Source: Solirubrobacterales bacterium (GTDB taxonomy: Bacteria; Actinomycetota; Thermoleophilia; Solirubrobacterales; JACPNS01). Taken from it: a stretch of 64,000 bases of DNA. Location: positions 534 through 64,533 of the forward strand of contig JASGFX010000011.1 of NCBI GenBank assembly GCA_047605325.1, given 5' to 3'. The notes beneath the pieces are model-generated. The model ran no database searches. It saw nothing but the letters and a program-made list of their open reading frames with translations, and was not told the origin of the DNA. The position numbers were made by a program, and so were the translations under genes. Of the stretch, positions 29,027-37,634 are shown one piece after another (within the stretch, counting starts at the first letter, position 1; the number at the start of each line of letters is the position of its first letter).

Positions 29027-30124
29027 TCAGGCCGCGGCGCGAGCGGCCGAGAGCGCGGCCACGACCGACTGCACCTGCTCCTCGCGCAGCGTCGGGCTCA
29101 TCGGCAGCGCGAGGTTGCGCGCGGCCGCCGCGTCAGTGCCTGGCAGCTCGGCGGACCGCTCGGTGGCGGGCTGACGATGGATCGGCGTGCGGTAGTAGCC
29201 GCGCGCCTCGACTCCGGCCTCCGCGAGCCGCGCCGCCACGCCATCGGGATCGTCGAGCTGGACCACGTAGAGGTGATGCACCGAATCTGCGCCCTCGGGC
29301 ACGAGCTGCGGAACGGCGAAGTCGCTCACACCGGCTGCCGCGTAAGCGGCGGCGGCCTCTTGGCGTCCGGCATTCCAGCGATCAATGTGCGGCAGCACCA
29401 CCCGCAGCAGCGCGGCCTGCATCGCATCGAGTCGCGAGTTGTATCCGACGAGCGTGTGCAACTGCTTGTTGGTCGTGCCGTGGTGGCGCAGCAGGCGCGC
29501 GGTCGTCGCGATCTCTTCGTTGCCAGTCGTGATGATGCCGGCATCGCCGAAGGCGCCGAGGTTCTTCGACGGGAAAAAGCTGAAGGTCGCAACATCGCCG
29601 AGCGCCCCCGCGCGCACGCCATGCAGCGTCGCGCCGACTGCCTGGGCCGCGTCTTCGACGATCTTGAAGCCATGCTCATCGGCCAGTGGGCGCAGCGCTC
29701 CGACCGGAGCTGGCAGGCCGAAGAGGTGGACGGCAATCACCGCGGTGGTCTTATCGGTCAGTGCGGCGGCGACCGTCTCGGCCGTGACGTTCATCGTCTC
29801 GGGGTCGATGTCGCAGTAGATGACGTTGGCGCCGATCGTGAGGGCCGCCTCGGCGCTGGCGTAAAACGTGAAGGAAGGAACAACGACGTCATCGCCCGGC
29901 TGGACCCCGGCCGCGCGCAACGCGATCGAAAGCGCGTCGGTGCCGTTGCCGACGCCGACAGCATGCTCGACGCCGACGTACTCGGCGAACTCCTGCTCGA
30001 AAGCCAAGACCTCCGGACCAAGGATGTAACGGCCACTGTCCATCACCCGAGCGATCGCGGCGTCGAGCTGCGGACGCAGTCCGTCGAGCTGGGTGGCGGT
30101 GTCGAAAAGAGGAATCGCTGTCAT
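29027..30124 (-). CDS. DegT/DnrJ/EryC1/StrS family PLP-dependent sugar aminotransferase
   Basis: In-frame part of ORF 29027..30364, from ATG 30124: MTAIPLFDTATQLDGLRPQLDAAIARVMDSGRYILGPEV. Also contains GNGTDAL and FSFFPSKNLGAFGDAG. Confidence 0.9.
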   Translation of the reverse strand: MTAIPLFDTATQLDGLRPQLDAAIARVMDSGRYILGPEVLAFEQEFAEYVGVEHAVGVGNGTDALSIALRAAGVQPGDDVVVPSFTFYASAEAALTIGANVIYCDIDPETMNVTAETVAAALTDKTTAVIAVHLFGLPAPVGALRPLADEHGFKIVEDAAQAVGATLHGVRAGALGDVATFSFFPSKNLGAFGDAGIITTGNEEIATTARLLRHHGTTNKQLHTLVGYNSRLDAMQAALLRVVLPHIDRWNAGRQEAAAAYAAAGVSDFAVPQLVPEGADSVHHLYVVQLDDPDGVAARLAEAGVEARGYYRTPIHRQPATERSAELPGTDAAAARNLALPMSPTLREEQVQSVVAALSAARAAA

Positions 30125-30137
30125 ACTCGCGCCCCAA

Positions 30138-30833
30138 ATGCTGGCACCCAACACTTTGATCTTCGCGTCGGTCACCGAGCCGATCGTCAACTTCGCTGTC
30201 GACGTCACCGAGAAACTCGGCCTCTGGGGGATCTTCATCCTAATGGTGCCCGAGAGCGCACTGATCCCGATCCCGAGCGAGGCGACGATGCTGTTCGCCG
30301 GGTTCAACGTCTCCGAGGGCACGTACCCGTTCTGGGCGGCGGTGCTGACTGCCTGCATCGCCAACGTGATCGGTTCGTGGATCGCGTACGCAATCGGCTA
30401 CTACGGCCGTATGGATCTGATCGAGAAGCACGGCCACAAGCTGCACATCAAGCCTTCGCATCTGCAGTGGACCGACCAGTGGTTCGAGAAGCACGGGAAC
30501 GCGACCGTCTTCTGGGCGCGCATGCTGCCGATCGTGCGCACGTTCATCTCACTGCCGGCCGGCGTCGCGAAGATGCCGTTCTGGAAGTTCACGCTCTACA
30601 CCTTCCTCGGCTGCATCCCGTGGATGATTCTGCTGACCACGATCGGCTACTACGCCGGCGAGAACTGGGAGCAGTGGAAGGATCACCTGCACTACGTCGA
30701 CTACGCCGTCGCGGTGATCATCCTCGGCGCGATCGTCTACTTCGCGCTGCGCTGGCGCAAGAACCGCGACAACGGTTCCGCCGAGGTGACGCGCGCCGTC
30801 GACGCGGTCAACGAGGAGAACCAGGACATCTAA
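30138..30833 (+). CDS. DedA family membrane protein
   Basis: Contains WGIFILMVPESALIPIPSEATMLFAGF and ARMLPIVRTFISLPAGVAKM. The start is ATG 30138, or GTG 30093 which would overlap the degT-like 5' end. Confidence 0.85.
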   Translation: MLAPNTLIFASVTEPIVNFAVDVTEKLGLWGIFILMVPESALIPIPSEATMLFAGFNVSEGTYPFWAAVLTACIANVIGSWIAYAIGYYGRMDLIEKHGHKLHIKPSHLQWTDQWFEKHGNATVFWARMLPIVRTFISLPAGVAKMPFWKFTLYTFLGCIPWMILLTTIGYYAGENWEQWKDHLHYVDYAVAVIILGAIVYFALRWRKNRDNGSAEVTRAVDAVNEENQDI

Positions 30834-30843
30834 CCTCGCTCGC

Positions 30844-31660
30844 ATGAGCGACGAAGACGTCAAGCTCGGCCTGATCGAGGCTCTGGGCTACGGCGTGCTC
30901 CAGGGTCCGACCGAACTTCTGCCGATCTCCAGCTCGGGGCATCTGGTGCTCGCGCCGCACCTGCTCGGCAGCGACTACGTGAAGCTCGACCCGGAGCTGC
31001 GCAAGACCTTCGAGGTCGCCCTGCACGCCGGCACCGCGGCGGCGCTCGTGATCGTTCTGCGCGAAGAGGTCTTCGAGGCGGTACGCGATCTCGACGGGCG
31101 CCGCCTCGGGATGATCGTCAGCTCGATCGCCCCGGCCGCGGCGCCGCCCTCGGACTCGGGAAGGTGATCGAAGGCAAGCTGAGTCGCCGGAGATCGTGGT
31201 CGTCGGCCTCGTGGCGGGCTCCGCCGCGATGGCGTGGGCCGACGGTTTGAAGGGCGATCGTGCTCGTTCGGCGGCCGATTGGCGCGATGGGCTCGCGCTC
31301 GGACTCGCCCAGGCGGTCGCGCTGATCCCGGGCGTCTCGCGCAGCGGGTCGACGATCGCCTGCGCCCGCGCGCGCGGCTTTGACCCGCTCAGCGCAACCG
31401 AGCTCTCGATGCACGTCGCGTTGCCAGTGATCGCGGGAGCGACGCTGCTCAAGGGCGTGCGCGCGAAGCAGAACGGTCTGCCGGCCGGCATGCGCGCGCC
31501 GATCGCCGTCGGCACGCTCGGCGCCTTCGCGAGTTCGTTCGCGAGCGCCCGCCTGCTGGCCTCGAAGAACCGCGGCCGCGGACTGATGAAGTACGTGATC
31601 TACCGCCTGCTGCTGGCGGCGGGCGTGACGTGGTTTCTCTCCAAGGACCGCAGCGGCTAG
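30844..31660 (+). pseudogene. uppP: Undecaprenyl-diphosphate phosphatase (UppP/BacA) with the reading frame broken twice
   Basis: The N-terminal part (ORF 30844..31167) has LQGPTELLPISSSGHL. The C-terminal part (ORF 31196..31660) has PGVSRSGSTI. My three-frame reading gives ...IVSSIAPAA (frame 1), then AALGLGKVIEGKLSR (frame 0), then PEIVVVGLVAGSAAM (frame 2). That implies two 1-nt deletions, near 31129-31146 and 31185-31187. Confidence 0.8.
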
Positions 31661-31670
31661 ATTCCCACGC

Positions 31671-32753
31671 GTGAGCGAGCAGGACGCATACGCAGCCGCA
31701 GGCGTGAGCACGACCGAGGCCGAATCGGCCACCGGCGCGCTCGTCTCGATCCTCGCGGGCATCGACACCGGCAAGCCTTCGCTCCAGCAGCTTCGCAACG
31801 GCCACTACGCCAACGTCTTGAAGGTCGCCGACAACCTCGGCATCGCGATCAGCACCGACGGCGTCGGCAGCAAGGTGATCGTCGCCGAGCAGATGGGCAA
31901 GTTCGACACGGTCGGCATCGACTGCATGGCGATGAGCGTCAACGACCTGATCTGCGTCGGCGCCACGCCGATCGCACTGGTCGACTACATCGCCGTCGAG
32001 AAGGCCGACAAGGCGATGCTCTCTGGGATCGCGACCGGTCTGAAGATCGGCGCCGAGCAGGCCGGGGTCGAGATCCCCGGCGGCGAGCTCGCGCAACTGC
32101 CCGAACTGATCAAGGGTCACCCAAGTCCGAACGGCTTCGATCTCGTCGGCGCCGCCTTCGGGACGATCGCCCTCGACGAGATCGTCGAGGGCGACAGGAT
32201 CGTGCCCGGCGACGTGATCATCGGCCTGCCGAGCAGCGGCATCCACAGCAACGGCCTCACGCTCGCAAGAAAGGCGCTGCTCGAAGACGCCGGCCTCGCG
32301 CTCGCCGACACGCCGTCTGAGTTCGGCGGAAAATCGGTCGGCGAAGAGCTGCTCACGCCCACCGAGATCTATGTGAAGCCGATCATGGAGTTGCTGCGCT
32401 CGCCCGTCGAGGTGCGCGGCCTCGCTCACCTGACTTCAGGCGGCGTGCTGAACCTGCTGCGCTTGAACAAAGAGGTCGGCTACGTCTTCGAGCACCCGCT
32501 GCCCGCGCAGCCGGTCTTCCAGCTGATCCAACAGGCGGCCGGTGTGCCCGATGCCGAGATGGCCGAGGTCTTCAACATGGGCTGCGGCTTCTGCGTCGTC
32601 GTGCCGCCCGAGCACGCCGACGCCGCGGACACCCTCCTGCGAACGCATTACGACGGCGCACATGTGATCGGCCATGTCACCGACCAGGCGGGTCAGGTGG
32701 CGGTCACGCCGCTCGGCCTCGTCGGCGACAAGAGCGGTCTGCGCCCGGCCTGA
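31671..32753 (+). CDS. purM: Phosphoribosylformylglycinamidine cyclo-ligase (AIR synthetase)
   Basis: 360 aa with a GTG start. Contains ISTDGVGSKV, GIDCMAMSVNDLICVGATP, LPSSGIHSNGLTLARK and AHLTSGG. Confidence 0.9.
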   Translation: MSEQDAYAAAGVSTTEAESATGALVSILAGIDTGKPSLQQLRNGHYANVLKVADNLGIAISTDGVGSKVIVAEQMGKFDTVGIDCMAMSVNDLICVGATPIALVDYIAVEKADKAMLSGIATGLKIGAEQAGVEIPGGELAQLPELIKGHPSPNGFDLVGAAFGTIALDEIVEGDRIVPGDVIIGLPSSGIHSNGLTLARKALLEDAGLALADTPSEFGGKSVGEELLTPTEIYVKPIMELLRSPVEVRGLAHLTSGGVLNLLRLNKEVGYVFEHPLPAQPVFQLIQQAAGVPDAEMAEVFNMGCGFCVVVPPEHADAADTLLRTHYDGAHVIGHVTDQAGQVAVTPLGLVGDKSGLRPA

Positions 32754-32777
32754 CGGCCGCGCCTGTAGGTTGAGCCC

Positions 32778-33368
32778 GTGGAGGGCTCCGCAAATCTGCC
32801 CGACCCGGGCCCGGCGATCGGCGAGTTCGCGCCTGTGCCCGGCACGATGGCCGAGTACGAGATGGGCAGCGATCTCACGCGGGTTTTCGCCGACCCGCCG
32901 CGCGGGCTTGTCGTGCACTACGCGGGGCCGATCGACGACCTCGTGCTTTCGGGCAGTCTGTGGGCGCGCAGGCAATCGGCCCTCGACTTCTTCTCAGAGC
33001 GGGTCGGCGACGCGCTGACCGAGCTGGTGCGACGACTGATGTCGGCCGAGCGCGACCCCGATCTCTCCTATGAACTGCTGCCGGTCGACGAGATCGTCGT
33101 CGGACCGGCAGCCCCTGATTTCGTACTGCGCCCGCGCGGCGAGGCCGGCGGCGCGGTGTTGGTGCGCACGCCGGGCGGCGCGATGCCCGACCCACAGGAG
33201 CAGGGCCTGATCCTCGCTGCCGCGCGCCGGAGCGGCCCGAACACGATGCTCTACGAATTTCACGCCGACCGTCCGGACTCGATCGATGAGCGCGCTGAGC
33301 TGATCACGCTGCACTCGATCTTCTTGACCGAACCCGGCCTGGCTGCGGTCTCCGGGCGTTCAGCCTGA
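32778..33368 (+). CDS. Hypothetical protein
   Basis: 196-aa ORF with coding-like composition and GC3 bias. No motif recognised. Confidence 0.45.
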   Translation: MEGSANLPDPGPAIGEFAPVPGTMAEYEMGSDLTRVFADPPRGLVVHYAGPIDDLVLSGSLWARRQSALDFFSERVGDALTELVRRLMSAERDPDLSYELLPVDEIVVGPAAPDFVLRPRGEAGGAVLVRTPGGAMPDPQEQGLILAAARRSGPNTMLYEFHADRPDSIDERAELITLHSIFLTEPGLAAVSGRSA

Positions 33369-34937
33369 AACGATGAAGTCGGCTCCGCGTTCGCCGATCA
33401 TCATCGAGGCAGCGTTGGTGTTGGCGCGAACGACCTTCGGCATCACCGATGCATCCGCAACGCGCAGATTCTCGACCCCGTGCACGCGCAGCTCGGGATC
33501 GACCACTCCGCCATCCTCCGGCTTGCCGATCCGCGCAGTGCCCACCGGGTGGTAGAGGTGCTCGCCGTGCGCGCGAATGAAATGTTCGATCTCGATGTCG
33601 CTGTCGAGGCCGCCGGGGATCTGCACATTCGAACCGAGCGCATCGCCGAATCCGGCGGCCTCCACGAGTTCTGCGGCCAGCCTGGTCGCGGTGATCATGC
33701 GCGGCATGTCTGAGGGATCGGTGTAGAAGCGCAGTTCGATCTCCGGGTGCTGGGCGGGATCGGTCGAGCGAATCGCCACACGCCCGCGGCTCTCCTGCTG
33801 CAGCAGCACCGCCCCAACAGTCAGCGCGGCGCCGTCGATCGTCTCGAAGCCGTGGTTGAAAAAGAACGCAGGTGCCAGCGGAATCTGCAGGTCAGGTGCC
33901 GGCTGGCCCTCGCTCGAACGCGCGAGCACGTTGGCCTCCATGACGTTGCTCGTGAGTTTTCCGCTCTTGCGCAGCAGCCACTCGGCGACGTGCCTTGGCT
34001 TGGTGGCGTCGGAAAGCCCGAAGTACTCGTTGCTCAGATGCCACGAAGTCGGCGCGCAGGGATGATCGATCAGGTTCTCGCCGACACCGGGGAGGTCCGC
34101 GACTACCGAAATCCCGAGACCACCGAGGTGTTCCGGCGCACCGATCCCGCTCAGTTGGAGCAGCTGCGGTGTACCGAAAGCACCGGCCGAGAGAACGATG
34201 TCGCTGCTCGCAGGGGCGGTGACCGGCTTGCCACGATGGACATACTCGACTCCGTTCGCCCGCCCGTCTTCGACCACCACGCGCCTGACCAGCGCATCAG
34301 TGACCATCGTGAGATTCGGGCGTTTCTTCACGACCGGCCTGATGAACGCATCCGCGGCGCTGCAGCGACGACCGTTCTTGATCGTCGCCTGGAGCCGGCC
34401 GACACCCTCCTGGGTGTTGCTGTTGAAATCCTCGACGTAGGGATGCCCGCAAGCGACCGCGCCGTCGATCAGCTTGGCGACGATCGGATCAAGTCGTGCC
34501 AGCCGCACGTTGAGCGGCCCGCCCTTGCCGTGATACTCCCCGCCGAAGTCTTCGTTGTGCTCGGACTTCTTGAAGAACGGCAGAACCTCAGCGGCCGACC
34601 ATCCGCTGGCGCCCATGTCGACCCATTCCGCGAAGTCCTGGTCATTGCCGCGCAGGTAGACCATCGCGTTGATCGAACCGCTGCCGCCGAGGCCTTTGCC
34701 GCGCGGCATATAGATCTCCCGGCCTTGCTGGTTCTCCTCGGGCTGGGAGTAGTACTCCCAGTCGCGCTTGCTCTTGAAGTTCTCGCCGAAGGCTGCAGGG
34801 ATCGCGACGTTCGGGTGTTTTGCCTTCCCGCCCGCTTCGATCAGCAGCACTTTGCGCGCGGGATCCTCGGACAGCCGCGACGCGACGATGCATCCTGCAG
34901 AACCCGCACCGACCACTATGTGGTCGAACGTCTTCAC
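33360..34937 (-). CDS. GMC family FAD-dependent oxidoreductase (choline/alcohol dehydrogenase-like)
   Basis: Begins MKTFDHIVVGAGSAGCIVASRLSEDPARKVLLIEAGG. The C-terminus has HPVGTARIG. GTG start, with a GTGA overlap onto the sulfatase stop. Confidence 0.9.
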   Translation of the reverse strand: MKTFDHIVVGAGSAGCIVASRLSEDPARKVLLIEAGGKAKHPNVAIPAAFGENFKSKRDWEYYSQPEENQQGREIYMPRGKGLGGSGSINAMVYLRGNDQDFAEWVDMGASGWSAAEVLPFFKKSEHNEDFGGEYHGKGGPLNVRLARLDPIVAKLIDGAVACGHPYVEDFNSNTQEGVGRLQATIKNGRRCSAADAFIRPVVKKRPNLTMVTDALVRRVVVEDGRANGVEYVHRGKPVTAPASSDIVLSAGAFGTPQLLQLSGIGAPEHLGGLGISVVADLPGVGENLIDHPCAPTSWHLSNEYFGLSDATKPRHVAEWLLRKSGKLTSNVMEANVLARSSEGQPAPDLQIPLAPAFFFNHGFETIDGAALTVGAVLLQQESRGRVAIRSTDPAQHPEIELRFYTDPSDMPRMITATRLAAELVEAAGFGDALGSNVQIPGGLDSDIEIEHFIRAHGEHLYHPVGTARIGKPEDGGVVDPELRVHGVENLRVADASVMPKVVRANTNAASMMIGERGADFIVSG

Positions 34938-36850
34938 GGCGTCACGATGTCGAACCAGAACTCGAATTCGTCGAGCAGCTTCACGAAATCACCAAGCACG
35001 GCAGCATCGCCGTCCAGTCTGGCAGTGCCCGATCCGATCAACTCGTCGAGCGTCTTCACGCCGAGGATCACCTCATTGAGATCCGCGCGATCGATCGTCA
35101 CCGTGACATCGGCATCACCGGAGAGCCCGCTGCGATGGCTGAGAGTGCCGTGCCGCAGCATCAGCGTCCACTCCTCACCGAGATCGGGAAGCGCGAGCGC
35201 GATCGTCGCGCGACGGTCGCCGGCCGCAGTGCCGTTGAGCCGCACCCCGAGAAAATCGAAGAACAATGTCGTGTCCATCGCGCGAACTGAATCCGGACTC
35301 GCAGCGTTGGGCGTGGGGAGCTGCTGCACGCCGTCGCGCAGTTCCTGGGCTCCAGTCAGATAGAAGTTGCGCCAAGGGCCGGCCTCGGACTGGTAACCAA
35401 GCTGCTCAAGCGTGTCGGCCTGGAGATTCCGTGCCTCCTGGTTGTCGGGGTCGGCGAAGACGACGTGGTTGACGACCTCCGCCACCCAGCGATACTCGCC
35501 GCCCTCAAATGCCTCTCGCGCCTTCGCCAGCGTCGCTTCCGCCCCGCCCATGAAATCGACGTACCTCGCACTTGCCTCGGTCGGTGGCAGCGGGTGGAGT
35601 GTCGCCGGGTTTCCGTCGAACCAACCCAGATAGTTCACGTACGTCGCCTTGACGTTGTGACTGAGCGTGCCGTAGTACCCGCGCATCGCCCAGTGGGTGC
35701 TCATCTCTTCGGTGAACTCGATCTGCTCGGCGATCTCATCGGCGGTGTAGCCGTGATTGGCGAGACGCAGCGTCTCGTCGTTGATGAAGCGGTAGCCGTC
35801 GCGTCCCATGTTCAGGAGTTCGTGGATCCGGTCGTGGCCCCACGCCGGCCAGTGATGCATGCCGAACATCACCTCGACCTTGTCGCCCCACAGCTCGAGC
35901 GTCTGCTCGAGGTACTTCGACCATGCCAGCGGATCGCGGATCTTGGCGCCGCGGATCGTGTAGGTGTTGTGCAGCGTGTGGCAGCAGTTCTCGGCGCAGG
36001 TGAGTGCCTTGAACTGGTCGATGTACCAGTGCATCTCTGCCGGCGCTTCGCTGTCGGGCGCCATCATGAACTCGAAGTCGAGACCGGCGATGTTCTCCCT
36101 CTGGCCGGTCTCAGAGATCGTGTGCGTCGGCGGCACCAAACTGATCGTGCCCGAGGAGCTGCTGACTCCCAGACCGGCGCCCACCTGACCGCGCTCGTCG
36201 GCCGGAAGCAGGTTGCCGTACATGTAAGAGGCGCGGCGGCTCATCGCGTTGCCGGCGAGGACGTTCTCGGCGACCGCAGCCTCGAGAAAGCCCTCCGGGG
36301 CATAGATCTTCACCCTGCCGGCCTTGATGTCGTCGTCGTTCACGAGTCCGCGCGCGCCGCCGAAATGGTCCACGTGGCTATGCGAATAGACGATCGCGAC
36401 AATCGGTTTGCGCGGACGATGCTCGTAGTAGAGGTCGAGCGCTGCCTTCGCAGTTTCTGTTGAAATCAACGGATCGAACACGACGATGCCGTCGTCGCCC
36501 TCGGCGAAGGTGATGTTCGAGAGATCGAGTGTGCGCACCTGGTAGAGACCGGGCACAACCTCGTAGAGACCGCCCTGCACGACCACGCGCATCTGCCGCC
36601 AGAGGCTCGGGTTGACCGTGTCGGGAGCGTGGTCGTGGTCGTGGATGAAGTCGAACCGGGAGAGATCCCAGACGAGTTCGCCGGCTTCGTTCTTCACGCG
36701 CCCGCCATCGGGAAGCGGGGCGATCAGACCCTTCATGGCCTCATCGAAATCGCGCGTGTCCTCGAAGTTGAGGCCGGCTGCCAGCTGATCGTTTGCGTCA
36801 CGCGTGAACTGCGATGCGCCTGCGCGACCGTGGTCGTCTCGCTCGGTCAT
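34934..36850 (-). CDS. Metallo-beta-lactamase-fold alkyl/aryl-sulfatase (SdsA1/Bds1/YjcS family)
   Basis: In-frame part of ORF 34934..37081 from ATG 36850, with GGGGGAAGA upstream. Contains VYSHSHVDHFGG, and the C-terminal part is SCP2-like. No signal peptide. Confidence 0.85.
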   Translation of the reverse strand: MTERDDHGRAGASQFTRDANDQLAAGLNFEDTRDFDEAMKGLIAPLPDGGRVKNEAGELVWDLSRFDFIHDHDHAPDTVNPSLWRQMRVVVQGGLYEVVPGLYQVRTLDLSNITFAEGDDGIVVFDPLISTETAKAALDLYYEHRPRKPIVAIVYSHSHVDHFGGARGLVNDDDIKAGRVKIYAPEGFLEAAVAENVLAGNAMSRRASYMYGNLLPADERGQVGAGLGVSSSSGTISLVPPTHTISETGQRENIAGLDFEFMMAPDSEAPAEMHWYIDQFKALTCAENCCHTLHNTYTIRGAKIRDPLAWSKYLEQTLELWGDKVEVMFGMHHWPAWGHDRIHELLNMGRDGYRFINDETLRLANHGYTADEIAEQIEFTEEMSTHWAMRGYYGTLSHNVKATYVNYLGWFDGNPATLHPLPPTEASARYVDFMGGAEATLAKAREAFEGGEYRWVAEVVNHVVFADPDNQEARNLQADTLEQLGYQSEAGPWRNFYLTGAQELRDGVQQLPTPNAASPDSVRAMDTTLFFDFLGVRLNGTAAGDRRATIALALPDLGEEWTLMLRHGTLSHRSGLSGDADVTVTIDRADLNEVILGVKTLDELIGSGTARLDGDAAVLGDFVKLLDEFEFWFDIVTP

Positions 36851-36917
36851 TCTTCCCCCGTCTTCTTCCTGGATGATGTCTCTCCGTATTGTTGCGTAAG
36901 CAGCTCGGCCGAGACGA

Positions 36918-37634
36918 TCAGCGCCTGATCCGTACCGGCGTTCCGGCAGCGATCCGCGAGGACATGTAGCGCACGAACGCATTGGGTACACGCACGCAGC
37001 CGTGCGAGCGCGCGCTGCCGAGCGGGTCGCCCATCGCCGCGGCGCCGCGACCGTGAATGCCGATCGTGCCGTCACCGCCATCGAAGCTCTTCAGCTTTTG
37101 CGAGTTGGCGTTTAGGTGGAATATCCAGGGACCGGAGAATCCGCTCGCGTCGGGCTGGCGCACGACTTCACGGATCGCAAACTCGCCGGTCGGGGTGGGC
37201 GTGCCCTTCGCGCCGACGACCGCGCGGGTGCTGCGCACGGGCCTGCCGTCCCGGAAGATCGTCGTGCGCCGCTCGGAGAGATCGACGACGACGCGCCAAC
37301 GGTTCTCATGCAACTGTGCGTAGTCGGCCGGGATCCAGCCATAGCTGCCGTTGGGCTTCTTCGCCAGCAGCAGTTTGATCCACAGGTGGCCGTCGGCGTC
37401 GGTCGCCACGTCGGCCACGAGCAGTTGCATCGGCCCCTCATTCCAGGGTGCACGGGTGCGCACCTTGCCGACGACTCGAGCACCGTCCCGCGGCTCGGCC
37501 CGCGCGCTCGTGGCCATCACGATCCGCGCCGACCAAGAGACCGAATCCGTCGGCGCGGCGACCGCCCCGGCCGAGGCCGGGAGCGCCGCGGCCGCCACGC
37601 AGGCGACCGCGAGCCATCCGAGCCTTCGAATCAT
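36918..37634 (-). CDS. L,D-transpeptidase (YkuD domain) with signal peptide and SH3-like N-domain
   Basis: Begins MIRRLGWLAVACVAAAALPASAGA. Catalytic motif IGIHGRGAAAMGDPLGSARSHGCVRV. Its ATG overlaps the stop of the upstream DUF11 reading frame (ATGA at 37631-37634). Confidence 0.9.
   Translation of the reverse strand: MIRRLGWLAVACVAAAALPASAGAVAAPTDSVSWSARIVMATSARAEPRDGARVVGKVRTRAPWNEGPMQLLVADVATDADGHLWIKLLLAKKPNGSYGWIPADYAQLHENRWRVVVDLSERRTTIFRDGRPVRSTRAVVGAKGTPTPTGEFAIREVVRQPDASGFSGPWIFHLNANSQKLKSFDGGDGTIGIHGRGAAAMGDPLGSARSHGCVRVPNAFVRYMSSRIAAGTPVRIRR

Noticed and set aside
24649-30847. Plus-strand ORFs 24649-26043 (464 aa), 26250-27992 (580 aa), 28315-29532 (405 aa) and 28997-30847 (616 aa).
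   Set aside because: They are antisense or out of frame relative to well-supported genes (LytR_C, CapD-like, DUF354, DegT, DedA). Their translations are Arg/Gly/Asp/His-rich without motifs.
30808-32429. Minus-strand ORFs 30808-31515 (235 aa), 31118-31798 (226 aa) and 31449-32429 (326 aa).
   Set aside because: They are antisense to uppP and purM, which have clear family motifs. Their translations are Arg/Ala/Gly-rich without motifs.
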